NCBI GenBank assembly: GCA_965262565.1
Contig: CBDHFQ010000013.1
Span: 477-64,476, forward strand
Source of the DNA: Bacteroidia bacterium
GTDB taxonomy: Bacteria > Bacteroidota > Bacteroidia > J057
DNA: 64,000 nucleotides
Direction: 5' to 3'
A program made the translations under genes and the position numbers. A model generated the notes under the pieces. It saw nothing but the letters and a program-made list of their open reading frames with translations, had not been told where the DNA came from and searched no databases. Positions 9,001 to 19,258 of the stretch are shown here, one piece after another; the first letter of the stretch is position 1; each line of letters opens with the position of its first letter.

Positions 9001-9363
9001 AGTAAATCTTCTGGCTGTTTCTTTCACTACAGCAAAGGCCTCAGGAAGCAGTTCTTCTAATATTCCATCCAGCTGTTCATTCCGCTGTTCTTTCAGTTCA
9101 TCTACTTGTTTGAATATTTCGTCTTTTGCATTGATATCCTGTGTGTCGGCTGCTTGCTTTTTTAATTGGTCGATTTCCTGATCCGTCTCTGCTAAATAAT
9201 CCGCAATTCGCTCTTTAAATTCAATAGTCTTACCTCTTAATTCATCATCGGTTATGTTGTGGAGTGTTTCATAGCTTTCATTTATAGCATCTACAATAGG
9301 CTGCAACGACTTTATATCTTTTTCCTTTTTGGAAGGGAATATCTTTTTTATAATTCCAATCAT
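6067..9363 (-). CDS. secA: Preprotein translocase ATPase SecA
   Basis: 1098 aa. Canonical SecA motifs are [14 protein letters not shown] (Walker A), [19 protein letters not shown] and [25 protein letters not shown]. The C-terminal tail is basic. Confidence 0.98.
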   Translation of the reverse strand: [1098 protein letters not shown]

Positions 9364-9615
9364 GACAAATTTATTTTAACTCAAAGGTAATCATTTTCAC
9401 TTACATAAAAGCTCTGATACGCACCAACTTTCAGAGGTATCCATCTATAAGAGTAAGTTTTTTAGTCTCAATATGTTTGAAACAATGATTTCGTTTACGT
9501 TCAAAATGGCTGCAAGTTATTCCGTTATAACAATAATTAAGGTAATAAGGGAGGTTATCTCTGAGAATTCCCCGCTGGAACCATGGCCATCCAGACTGAC
9601 ATGATCTTTCACATA

Positions 9616-10437
9616 TTATACGGCTTTCATATCTTCTGGTGCCCACCGCTGGATTATTTCCAACAGCTCGGTATGAATATTTCCATTACTAGCAACGATT
9701 TGGTTGGCAAATAAAACGTCGTCAGAATCGCTGATGGTGGTCGCTTTACCTCCTGCTTCACGCAGAATGAGGGCTCCTGCAGCTATATCCCAGGCATTCA
9801 ACCCAAACTCAAAATATCCATCTAATCTACCAGCGGCTACATAACACAATTCTAATGCAGCACTTCCCAATCGACGAATCCCATGCGTTTCATCCAGAAT
9901 ATCTCCCAGCATGTTCCAATATGTCTCTCTCCACCTAATTTTTTCATAGGGAAATCCGGTAGCAATTAAGGCTTCTGCTTTCGAATCCGCTTTACTTACA
10001 CTGATAGGTTGATCATTAACCATCGCTCCTTTACCTTTTATCGAGTGAAATAAAGCATCTTGCATGACGTGATACACATATCCTGCAATGGTTTCCTCCT
10101 CATATTGAAGGGCAAGACTAATAGAAAAGTAAGGAATGCCGTGAGTGAAGTTAGTCGTTCCATCTACTGGGTCAATGATCCATGTATAGCCATTATGGGT
10201 TTGCTCGTTGGAACTTTCTTCTGTGATAAATCCGCTTCCGGGAATAATTTGGCTGCATTGAGTGATTAATTTTTTTTCTGCTTCAATATCCACATAACTC
10301 ACTAGATCTCTTCGACCTTTATACTCTATTGCTTCAGTGGAGAATTGGTGAAATTCTTTTCGTTCAAACGCTGCCACCTCCTTGAGCATTGCTATAATAT
10401 TTGTATGAATGTGATCAATATGTTCTAATGGATTCAT
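9616..10437 (-). CDS. Inositol monophosphatase family protein
   Basis: 273 aa with the IMPase signatures WIIDPVDGTTNF and WDIAAG. Confidence 0.9.
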   Translation of the reverse strand: MNPLEHIDHIHTNIIAMLKEVAAFERKEFHQFSTEAIEYKGRRDLVSYVDIEAEKKLITQCSQIIPGSGFITEESSNEQTHNGYTWIIDPVDGTTNFTHGIPYFSISLALQYEEETIAGYVYHVMQDALFHSIKGKGAMVNDQPISVSKADSKAEALIATGFPYEKIRWRETYWNMLGDILDETHGIRRLGSAALELCYVAAGRLDGYFEFGLNAWDIAAGALILREAGGKATTISDSDDVLFANQIVASNGNIHTELLEIIQRWAPEDMKAV

Positions 10438-10536
10438 AGTAGTTATTGTTCTGTTGGTTAATGATATAGCTTATGATGATAGCTGATGTTTTAGGGTTGT
10501 GCCAATGGATGATACCATCAGCCTTGAATCTGGGGG

Positions 10537-11235
10537 TTAGGTGGAGTTCTTTTTGGGCACATAATCTTTCCCTGAAACAATAATCACAAACTCGCCTTTC
10601 AATGTAGATTTTTCAAAATGTTGCACAATTTCTTTAAGGCTTCCCCTCACATATTCTTCATACATCTTAGTCAATTCTCTGGCCACACAAGCTGCTCTTT
10701 CCTCTCCACATATTACCGCTAAATCTCCCAGCGTTTTAAGTAATTTGTAAGGGGACTCATATAAGATCATGGTTCGGGCTTCTTCTGCTAAGAAACTCAA
10801 TCTCGTCTGTCTGCCTTTTTTAGGAGGTAAAAATCCTTCGAAGATAAATTTATCACAAGGGAGGCCACTGTTTACCAATGCTGGGACAAAAGCTGTTGCC
10901 CCAGGAAGAGTTTCCACACTAATCCCCGATGTGATAGCTTCCCGAACAATTAAAAATCCCGGATCGGAAATTCCAGGTGTCCCTGCATCACTAATTACAG
11001 CCAATGTAAGATCCTCGGATTGTACTCTGGATATGAGTTGGCTGACTCTTTTATGTTCGTTATGTTGGTGGAGAGAAATGGTGGGAGTATCTATGGCATA
11101 GTGTTGAAGGAGTTTACCTGAAGTTCTGGTGTCTTCTGCTGCGATGAGGTCCGCCTCTTTCAATAAACGCACAGCCCGATAGGTAATATCTTCTAAATTA
11201 CCGATCGGGGTGGGAACGAGAATTATATGAGACAT
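10537..11235 (-). CDS. rsmI: 16S rRNA (cytidine1402-2'-O)-methyltransferase RsmI
   Basis: 232 aa. The N-terminus LVPTPIGNLEDITYRAVRLLKEADLIAAEDTR and ISDAGTPGISDPG are typical of tetrapyrrole-methylase-fold RsmI. Confidence 0.9.
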   Translation of the reverse strand: MSHIILVPTPIGNLEDITYRAVRLLKEADLIAAEDTRTSGKLLQHYAIDTPTISLHQHNEHKRVSQLISRVQSEDLTLAVISDAGTPGISDPGFLIVREAITSGISVETLPGATAFVPALVNSGLPCDKFIFEGFLPPKKGRQTRLSFLAEEARTMILYESPYKLLKTLGDLAVICGEERAACVARELTKMYEEYVRGSLKEIVQHFEKSTLKGEFVIIVSGKDYVPKKNST

Positions 11236-11276
11236 ATAAATAAATCAGCAGTGAATAACTGCAGTAAATATATCTC

Positions 11277-12044
11277 CTAAAACTTTAATACTTGTTTTAG
11301 GATTTTGGATTTTTCTCTACTACTGATGACTTCTTTATCGTTACTAAGGATAATCTTGAATCTGTTTCCAAACCAGATGACGATTTCTTTCACGTGTTTT
11401 AGACCTATAATACACGATCTGTTCACTCTGAAGAACTGGTCAGCAGGAAGTTTTTTCTCAAATGTGTCCAGCGTATGGTTAAGGAGATAAGATTTTTCTT
11501 TAGTAAATAATCTCACACTTCTTTCTTCGACCTCAATGCAAACGACCTCAGTGTAGTCTACCAATTTATACCTGTCTCGGGTGGGAATAGGAACTTTATT
11601 GGAAAACGGGGTCTTGATTTCCTCTGCTAATTCAGATTTTAGAATTTCTGCTAATGCCTCTTTATTCAGGGCCGAAGAATCTCTATTAGCCGATACTTTA
11701 TCGATAGCTGATCTTAATCTATCCTCATTAAACGGCTTGAGCAAATAATCTATAGCGCTTAACTCAAACGCCTTGATGGCGTGCTCGCTATAAGCGGTAG
11801 CAAATATGACCGCAGGCATTCGATCTAGTTCGATATTTTCTGCTACCTCTAACCCATTCATCCCCGGCATTTCTATATCGAGAAAAACTAAATCAGGCTT
11901 TAAATTCTGAATATTCTCCAGTGCATCCAATCCATTTTCTGCTACATGCAGAAGTTCTACCGATTCAATCTTTTTTAATAGCCGCTTCATTTTATTACGA
12001 GCAGGCAATTCATCATCAGCTATTAATACTTTTAATTTAGACAT
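11277..12044 (-). CDS. LytTR-family response regulator
   Basis: 255 aa. The receiver domain carries VLIADDE...DLVFLDIEMPGMNG. The C-terminal LytTR DNA-binding region carries FFRVNRSCII. Confidence 0.9.
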   Translation of the reverse strand: MSKLKVLIADDELPARNKMKRLLKKIESVELLHVAENGLDALENIQNLKPDLVFLDIEMPGMNGLEVAENIELDRMPAVIFATAYSEHAIKAFELSAIDYLLKPFNEDRLRSAIDKVSANRDSSALNKEALAEILKSELAEEIKTPFSNKVPIPTRDRYKLVDYTEVVCIEVEERSVRLFTKEKSYLLNHTLDTFEKKLPADQFFRVNRSCIIGLKHVKEIVIWFGNRFKIILSNDKEVISSREKSKILKQVLKF

Positions 12045-12087
12045 CGAATTACATTGATTAAACAGTTAAAAGTAAGGTTTTTGAGCA

Positions 12088-14511
12088 TTACCTTTCGTGG
12101 CTGTACTCCGGGGTGTTCACTAGTGGTACTTTAAAACGAACCAGGGTGCCATTCCCGGTATTTTCAAAATATAAGAGATTCTTTTGATAATATAAGTTTT
12201 CAAAGCGCTTTATTGAATTACTTAAGCCAGTACTTTTATATATCCTGCTTAAATCTATCCCCGGACCATTGTCTCTTACTTCACACACCAGAAAATTATC
12301 TTCCCTAAAAGCATCGATGGTCACCAGTCCTTTATGCATAATTTTCGAAATACCGTGCTTTATACAATTTTCAATTAACGTCTGCAAGACAAAAGCAGGA
12401 ATTTCTACATCTTTAATGTTTTCTTCTACTCTAATGTGTGTTTCCAGACGATCTCCGAAGCGTATTTTCTCCAAATCCAGATAAGTGGAGCATAATTGGA
12501 CCTCATTAGTCAAGGGAACCAGATTTTTGTTGGATTCTTTAGTGGTATATCGGAAGATATAAGACAATTTCTCGATAGCATCTTCAGCTCTTTCAGGCGA
12601 CTCATGAACGAGCTCAGTGAGAGAATTAAGCGTATTAAAAAGAAAATGAGGATTTATTTGAGAGCGCAGAGCCATTAAGTCAGCTTCGTATTTTGCCTGG
12701 ATCAATTCTTTCTCTCTTGTATTTAACTGGATAATATTTAACGTAAGCTGGGTTTGTTGCACCAATTGTGAGAGCATTTCCAGATCTGTCAAATTATATA
12801 CCCCCTTTCGCTTTTTCCCAAGCATTAATAAGGCATAATTTTCTTCATCTACTGTAATAGGAGATATGAGCGTATAAGCCGACTTAAGGATTAAATTTTC
12901 TAATTCCTTATGCAAACGAATAGGAGCTATCTGCTTGTTTTTCGACCAAACTGTATTTTTCTGAGAGAGATTATTGTAAATAGCCTCGTGTTCCTTGTGA
13001 TAACGGACCATATTACCGTCCTCATGTTCAGGAAAATCTCCTTTCCACCACAAATGAACATCTTCCGCCTGAAAATAATTCATCAATCTTTCCACCACAT
13101 CTTTTCTCAATCCATGAGAGGAAGTGTATCTCGGAATCTGTGCAATGAATGATTTAAAATTGCGTGCGTTTTCTTGTTGGGCGGTAGTAAAATATTGATT
13201 AAGCCTGTTTTCATTGGCCAGATAAATCCACCTTATTAAAAGTACAGCTACTAGTAGGGCAAGAAATTCCAGCTCCTCTCTAAAGGAATTACGTGTGAGA
13301 ATATAACCGGATAACTGTTTAATAAGGAGGAAGAGGGCAATAGTAATTGCGAAGAAAACAAAATATTGTACAGTCGCTGTGATAACTACCTGTACCCTTC
13401 CAAAGCGTAACTGATTAAAACTGGCATTTATTAAAGGAAAAAATAAAAATAAATAATAAGCAGCCAGCACATCTTCATTAGTTAAAAAAGGTAAATGTGC
13501 GTCTCCCCAGTAATAAATGGCAGCAAATATGGACACCGCTAACATAACAACGGTACCTCCGAGTTGACGGAAGGATTTTTCCCTGATATTGGCCACAATG
13601 TGGAGAATAATTCCCGCTACCACATGAATAAAAAAGAAAATGATGGTGTATCGTTCTATCAGGTCGTGATAGGATTTTAATTCTTGCAGATCATAGATAA
13701 TGTAGTATTGAAAGCTCAACAAAAAAATACCTACTACAATGGAGGGAATAGCATAGAGAATATGATCAGACTCAGACTTAAAGAGAAAATAGCTGGTGGC
13801 ATAAAAGAATAGTAAAATGCCGTAAAGAAAAATAAAGAGTTTTTCAATAGTTAATTCAGTGTCAAGATTGGTGATTCCTTCGTCAACAATTAAATAGATG
13901 TTGTGGCTAAACTGTAGCAAAAAGAAAAGGAATGCACTTATGGACAAACCCAACAAAACAGAATGAAACTTGAAATTTCCCCTAACTAATGGAACTAGGA
14001 TCGCGAGGACGATCATCGAAAGGAAAATCCCTAATCCCAGTATCCATACGGATACGATCCAGTAAAGTCCATTATCATTAAAGCTGTATGCTAGCCTAAA
14101 TCCATTAATGACACGGGAATCATGTTTTTCCATGATCTGAATAGCATTAGGCCGTTCAACATGGATAATATAGACAGTGCCAGGATCTTTGGAAGCAATA
14201 ATCGTATTAGCTACATCTGCTTTATAAATAGGGTGAAAATCTATTTCATAAAGACGATCCCCCTCTTTTATGTCATTTAGTTCATCCGCTTGTTTATAGG
14301 TTAGTAGAGGATGCACATCTTTGGCAAATACTCCATTATCCCTATCTTCCCATGTAACCCAATCATTTCCTTCATATACATTAGATACCTCATCTCCAGT
14401 ATGTAGAATACGTATGTATCGATACTCCTGATAGAAGGAATAACCGATAATAAATAATCCTATATAAAATAATGATAGTAGGATATACCAAATCCAACTC
14501 TCCCTAATCAT
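12088..14511 (-). CDS. Membrane sensor histidine kinase (LytS/His_kinase PF06580 type)
   Basis: 807 aa with many predicted TM helices. The QINPHFLFNTLN H-box and an HATPase region (ENCIKHG...DNGPGI) are present. It lies 44 bp upstream of its LytTR partner. Confidence 0.85.
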   Translation of the reverse strand: MIRESWIWYILLSLFYIGLFIIGYSFYQEYRYIRILHTGDEVSNVYEGNDWVTWEDRDNGVFAKDVHPLLTYKQADELNDIKEGDRLYEIDFHPIYKADVANTIIASKDPGTVYIIHVERPNAIQIMEKHDSRVINGFRLAYSFNDNGLYWIVSVWILGLGIFLSMIVLAILVPLVRGNFKFHSVLLGLSISAFLFFLLQFSHNIYLIVDEGITNLDTELTIEKLFIFLYGILLFFYATSYFLFKSESDHILYAIPSIVVGIFLLSFQYYIIYDLQELKSYHDLIERYTIIFFFIHVVAGIILHIVANIREKSFRQLGGTVVMLAVSIFAAIYYWGDAHLPFLTNEDVLAAYYLFLFFPLINASFNQLRFGRVQVVITATVQYFVFFAITIALFLLIKQLSGYILTRNSFREELEFLALLVAVLLIRWIYLANENRLNQYFTTAQQENARNFKSFIAQIPRYTSSHGLRKDVVERLMNYFQAEDVHLWWKGDFPEHEDGNMVRYHKEHEAIYNNLSQKNTVWSKNKQIAPIRLHKELENLILKSAYTLISPITVDEENYALLMLGKKRKGVYNLTDLEMLSQLVQQTQLTLNIIQLNTREKELIQAKYEADLMALRSQINPHFLFNTLNSLTELVHESPERAEDAIEKLSYIFRYTTKESNKNLVPLTNEVQLCSTYLDLEKIRFGDRLETHIRVEENIKDVEIPAFVLQTLIENCIKHGISKIMHKGLVTIDAFREDNFLVCEVRDNGPGIDLSRIYKSTGLSNSIKRFENLYYQKNLLYFENTGNGTLVRFKVPLVNTPEYSHER

Positions 14512-15033
14512 GCAATTTTCTTATTTCGGTATTTAATGTAGCACAAACCGCACCAAACTACAAAAAAACTAGGGGACTCAATCCGTGTTTAGCGGAGAAT
14601 CAACCCTAGCCCTTGCTCTTGTAATTCCAGGTTTACCGTCCTGTTGTGATATAAACCTAGAAAAAATACTTAAATGAACTCGGTTAAAAGTGCTGAAATG
14701 TCATAAATACCGCAGGAATTGTTGAGATATTCGAGTAAGTTGTAAAAATATAATTATTGAATAATTTATTTTGAAAATATATTCATTTTAAAAATAAATA
14801 TAAATTTTACCGTTAAATTAAATAAATAAACAATTAATAAAGAGCGATTTGGAGAATTGGGTATAATATTGGGTTTTTAAGAGATTTATGATTGGTGCTA
14901 TAGATAAATCAAATAATTTTGAGATTTCGAATTAATTTTAGCCATTTAACGTTCTCTTTGTTCAAATAGGTATTCCCTCTTAGAGGAGAACAAAAATTGT
15001 TAAAGCAAACGGTTTAAAGATTAATTTTCTATT

Positions 15034-16110
15034 ATGTTGAAAATATTCTCTATCTTTCATCATACGACTAGGTTAAATTTTATAATAAATATTGTGAGAC
15101 TGGTTTATTTATCATTTTTGATAATAGGTGTGTTTTTCTTTTCACACGATTTAGCTGCTCAATCTTTTACTAATCCTGTGGAGTACAATAATTATATTGT
15201 CAATGAACAGGTAAAAGTTGTATCTCAGAATGTCAATTACCTTTCATATTCCGTTCACAGTGATGACGTTCGACTAGTAGATGAAAAACGACTTGATCTT
15301 ATTGCTCAATTATTAAAATCTTCACAGAAATTGGTCTCTATGGGAGGCTATGAAGGGAATACCAGATTGAGGGATGAAGCAACTGCGGTAATGGATCTTT
15401 ACCTGGAGGCCTTTAACGTAGATTTAAAGAATATTGCTTCGCTTAAGCAATCCAGTCAGGAGTCTTATAGCGCTATGGAAACCTATTTCAAAACTTTGGG
15501 AAGTGTCGAGGCAAAGTTGAATCAGGCTGGAGAAAGATTTGACCAAGCGCAGAAAGAGTTTGCCGACGAATACAATATTCAAATTGTGGAAACGGATCAA
15601 TCTTTATCGGATATGCTACATCAGATTTCTATGGTAAATGCCTACACCAGAGATATGTATCTGATTTACTTTAAAATTTCCAAGAAAAATGCAGAACTGA
15701 TCGATGCTTTGGAATCTAATGATGCCAAAAAGGTAGATATGGTGCGAAAAGAGTTAGCTAAAGAGGCTTCAATAGGTATAGAAAAGGCTACAGCTTTAGG
15801 AGGATTTAAAGATGATAGAGCGTATGTAGAAGCTACGTTGGATTGGGCCAGTTTTCTCAAAGATTTGGCTGAAAAAGATCTTGTTAAAGTAGTACGTTTT
15901 CTGGAGATGAATCAGGAAAAAGAGGGTTTTAACTCCCAGAAGGAAGTCGATCAGTACAATTCTTTGGTGGAGTTCTACAATCAAACCATACAGCACTATA
16001 ATTCTCAATCTGAAGCATTGAATCAAACGTTTAATGCTGCCTATGAATCTCTCTTAAAAAAACACATTCCTGATGTAACCGAAAAACTTCCTAAAGGAGA
16101 TAGGATTTAA
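15034..16110 (+). CDS. Hypothetical membrane-anchored or secreted helical protein
   Basis: 358-aa ORF with an N-terminal hydrophobic segment and a long helical, coiled-coil-like body. I recognised no catalytic motifs. Confidence 0.5.
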   Translation: MLKIFSIFHHTTRLNFIINIVRLVYLSFLIIGVFFFSHDLAAQSFTNPVEYNNYIVNEQVKVVSQNVNYLSYSVHSDDVRLVDEKRLDLIAQLLKSSQKLVSMGGYEGNTRLRDEATAVMDLYLEAFNVDLKNIASLKQSSQESYSAMETYFKTLGSVEAKLNQAGERFDQAQKEFADEYNIQIVETDQSLSDMLHQISMVNAYTRDMYLIYFKISKKNAELIDALESNDAKKVDMVRKELAKEASIGIEKATALGGFKDDRAYVEATLDWASFLKDLAEKDLVKVVRFLEMNQEKEGFNSQKEVDQYNSLVEFYNQTIQHYNSQSEALNQTFNAAYESLLKKHIPDVTEKLPKGDRI

Positions 16111-16185
16111 TCTTTCTTTCTTAATTTTCGTCACCATACAACCTTTTTCCCCTAAAGAATACTCATTAACTCGTGATGACACTAA

Positions 16186-16740
16186 ATGGATCAACGAACA
16201 TCCATATATAGAGCGAGCGAAGAAGATCTGCTTCTCATTCAGGCCTGTATGCAGCACGATCGGAAAGCTCAGAAAGCGCTTTATGATAAATATAAAGACG
16301 CAATGTTCACCTTGGCATTAAGAATTACTGCTAGTAGAGAATTAGCTCAGGATGCTTTACAAGAAGCATTTTTAGGGGTTTTTAGAGGCCTTCACAGGTT
16401 TAGAAACGAATCTACTCTAGGAGCTTGGATTCGTACCATAGTAATAAGACAATCATATAAAAGAATTAGACAGGAAGTTCATTCCTATACATTCGAGGAG
16501 ATTCATGCGGCAGATAGGATTGTCTGGCATGATCCTTTGGATGCAGAATATCTGGATAAGGCTATTCAAGGGCTCCCGGCCGGTTACAGAAGTGTTTTCG
16601 TATTGATTGAAATAGAGGGATTTCAACATAAGGAAGTTGCGAAAATGCTAAATATTTCCGCAGGTACGTCTAAGTCTCAATTATTTCATGCTAAAAAGTT
16701 GCTAAAGAAACGGCTGAAAAAAATGACAGAAACCGTATGA
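16186..16740 (+). CDS. ECF-type RNA polymerase sigma-70 factor
   Basis: 184 aa. Region 2 (ALYDKYKDAMFTLALRIT...DALQEAF) and region 4 (FVLIEIEGFQHKEVAKMLNISAGTSKSQLFHAKKLL) are recognisable. Confidence 0.9.
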   Translation: MDQRTSIYRASEEDLLLIQACMQHDRKAQKALYDKYKDAMFTLALRITASRELAQDALQEAFLGVFRGLHRFRNESTLGAWIRTIVIRQSYKRIRQEVHSYTFEEIHAADRIVWHDPLDAEYLDKAIQGLPAGYRSVFVLIEIEGFQHKEVAKMLNISAGTSKSQLFHAKKLLKKRLKKMTETV

Positions 16741-17306
16741 ATGCACTAGAATCTCAACGTAATAAAGGGGATTATCTGAGAGAAGCTATCAAGCAATTGC
16801 CCGTCCATCAGGCACCTGAAGATGTTTGGTATGAGATCGAAATGGAATTAGATTCCACTAAGGAAGTCGAAACCAAAAATCCTATTATTACATATCGTAA
16901 GCTGCTTTTGGTGGCTTGTATATGTCTCTTTGTAGGAACCGGACTAGGTCTGGGCAGTGCATGGTATTTGAATGATAGTCCTGTTGGTGAAGAGGGTAGC
17001 AGACAACTACCTGCAGCTCCGCCTTACTATGATGAGTTTTGGGAAGAGGAGGTAGGAGTTATTTATAAAGGAGGTAATGCTCCTGATGTAAAAACGATGG
17101 TAGAAGAGTTAAGAAAGGGAATTTATTCAAACGAAGCTGAGTTTGATACCCTTAAAAAAAGATGGGATCAAATAGATCTTGCCATACACCATTTAACTTC
17201 CTCTGGAGTAGCTATTCCGTTAATCTTATTAGAGGAACGCGAAAAAATCATTAATTCCTATGAAAAGTGGAGATGGGAATTTACCCATAAACCATTATCG
17301 GATTAG
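16737..17306 (+). CDS. Putative anti-sigma factor (single-pass membrane protein)
   Basis: Its ATGA start overlaps the sigma gene stop. 189 aa with one central TM segment (LLLVACICLFVGTGLGLGSAWYL). Assignment rests on position and topology only. Confidence 0.5.
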   Translation: MNALESQRNKGDYLREAIKQLPVHQAPEDVWYEIEMELDSTKEVETKNPIITYRKLLLVACICLFVGTGLGLGSAWYLNDSPVGEEGSRQLPAAPPYYDEFWEEEVGVIYKGGNAPDVKTMVEELRKGIYSNEAEFDTLKKRWDQIDLAIHHLTSSGVAIPLILLEEREKIINSYEKWRWEFTHKPLSD

Positions 17307-17433
17307 TTCCTTAAGCCATGTAGCTCTGCCCTTACTATACGTTGGTTTATGGTAGAATTTCAGCCTGATTTTCTCCATTAAGTCAATGAAAATTAGTACC
17401 TTCACTGGAAATTATATGTTATAGCGGAGAGAT

Positions 17434-19092
17434 ATGATTCAGCGTAAAAAAATTATTTTATTATGTTTATCCATAATGGTTGCCTTTTTTGTGGGATTTG
17501 TGATGCCAGGAGATCGTTATTTCCAGATAGCTAAAAATCTTGATATTTTTGGAGACTTTTTTTGGGAATTAAATCAAACTCATGCTGATGATCCAAATCC
17601 TACAAGATTGATGCGTACAGGCATTGATGCTATTCTGAAGTCCCTTGATCCTTATACAAATTTTTATAGCGAAGGAGAGATAGAGAATGCTAAATTTTAT
17701 CAAGCAGGTCAATATAGCGGTATTGGGGCTAATATTACTGAACAAGAAGGGAAATTTTATATCAGAGATATGGTTAAAAATGGCCCTGCTAATAAGGTCA
17801 ATATTAAAATAGGAGATCAAATATTGAAAATAGATGATATTGAGCTAGAGGGGAAGACCGAAAAAGAGGTTAACGATATTCTGAATGGAGAGAGTGGAAG
17901 TGAAGCAACATTATTTGTAAAACGTTCACTACAAGATTCAGTCTTTCAAATAACAGTAGGAAGAGAGCAAAATCGTGCGAGAAATGTTCCTTTTTCGGAA
18001 ATGATTAATCAGGAGGTAGGATATATTAAATTAACTGGTTTTGAAGAAGGAGCAGGAGAAGAAGTATATGAAGCTATGAGGGACTTGCAGCGAGACCAAC
18101 CAGCTTTAAAAGGAGTGATACTTGATTTGCGTGGGAATCCAGGAGGGAGGGTTGATGAGTCTGTTCAAATTAGCAATGTTTTTCTCCCTAAAGGAGAGAA
18201 AATCGTGGAAATGCGCGGAAGGACTTCCGAATCTCAAAGAACATTTTATACATCAGAAGAACCAGCAGCACTTGAACTGCCTTTGATCGTATTGGTAAAT
18301 AGTTCCAGTGCCAGCGCTTCAGAAATTGTAGCAGGGTCTATTCAGGATTTAGATAGGGGAATTATCATTGGAAGAAGAAGTTTTGGGAAAGGATTGGTTC
18401 AAAATGTTCGACCTTTAAGCTATAATACCCAACTAAAGATTACGATTGCAAAATATTACACGCCAAGTGGCAGGTGTATCCAGGCAATAGACTATTTTTC
18501 TAATTCAGAAGATAGTATAGTAAGTGTTATTCCCGATAGTCTCAGATCATCATTTAATACCAAAAACGGTCGTATTGTATATGATGGTGGAGGCATAGAA
18601 CCTGACATTGAGGTAGAAAGAGAACCATACCATACCATTACCATTGCTCTAAAGCAAAAAGGTCTCATTTTCGAATTTGCTTCTAACTATTCGGCTACAC
18701 ACGATAGCATTGCATCTCCCAGATCTTTTGAGTTGACTGACGATGTCTATGAGGATTTCGTTTCTTTTGTTACAGAAAAAGAGTTTGAATTTGAAACAAA
18801 GACTAATTTCGTGTTAGATGAGTGGAAAGTTCAATTGAAGGAACTCGACTACAAAGCTGGAATGGATGAAATGATAGGTCAATTAGAAGGGGAATTAGAG
18901 GTATTAAAAGCGAGTGATCTGGAGACCCATAAGGAGGAGATTAGTGCCTTGCTGAAAAAAGAAATATTGAACCACTACTATTTCCAGGAAGGAATTCTAA
19001 GAGCTTCTTTCGATGATGATCCAGATATAATTACCTCCCTTGAGGTATTAGCAGATTCAGAGAAATATCAGACATTGCTGTCCAGGCAATAG
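17434..19092 (+). CDS. S41-family C-terminal processing peptidase with PDZ domain (paralog 1)
   Basis: 552 aa with LDLRGNPGG, SASASEIVAGSIQD and GRRSFGKGLVQ motifs and an N-terminal TM anchor. Confidence 0.9.
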   Translation: MIQRKKIILLCLSIMVAFFVGFVMPGDRYFQIAKNLDIFGDFFWELNQTHADDPNPTRLMRTGIDAILKSLDPYTNFYSEGEIENAKFYQAGQYSGIGANITEQEGKFYIRDMVKNGPANKVNIKIGDQILKIDDIELEGKTEKEVNDILNGESGSEATLFVKRSLQDSVFQITVGREQNRARNVPFSEMINQEVGYIKLTGFEEGAGEEVYEAMRDLQRDQPALKGVILDLRGNPGGRVDESVQISNVFLPKGEKIVEMRGRTSESQRTFYTSEEPAALELPLIVLVNSSSASASEIVAGSIQDLDRGIIIGRRSFGKGLVQNVRPLSYNTQLKITIAKYYTPSGRCIQAIDYFSNSEDSIVSVIPDSLRSSFNTKNGRIVYDGGGIEPDIEVEREPYHTITIALKQKGLIFEFASNYSATHDSIASPRSFELTDDVYEDFVSFVTEKEFEFETKTNFVLDEWKVQLKELDYKAGMDEMIGQLEGELEVLKASDLETHKEEISALLKKEILNHYYFQEGILRASFDDDPDIITSLEVLADSEKYQTLLSRQ

Positions 19093-19219
19093 TAGCTCAA
19101 ATCGTTTATGTAGCTTTCTGTATAAGGTTAGACTTCCTGATATTGTATATATTATTATACAAGTGTGAATATTTGGAAATACATTCATTTGGTGTAAAGT
19201 ATCAACAGAAAGAATAAAA

Positions 19220-19258
19220 AACTACCTATTATGAAATAATTTTTTCTAATAGGTAGTT
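19220..19258. terminator. Bidirectional hairpin terminator between convergent genes
   Basis: AACTACCTATTA-N15-TAATAGGTAGTT is a perfect 12-bp stem flanked by A-runs on the left and T-rich sequence in and after the loop. Confidence 0.7.

Noticed and set aside
6060-9181. Plus-strand ORFs opposite secA (for example 6337-6861, 174 aa)
   Set aside because: They are antisense shadows of a 1098-aa gene with unmistakable SecA motifs, and none has a motif of its own.
9431-9646. 71-aa ORF between secA and the IMPase gene
   Set aside because: It overlaps the IMPase 3' end and has Cys/Arg-rich, implausible composition with no motif. The region is more likely the promoter or leader of secA.
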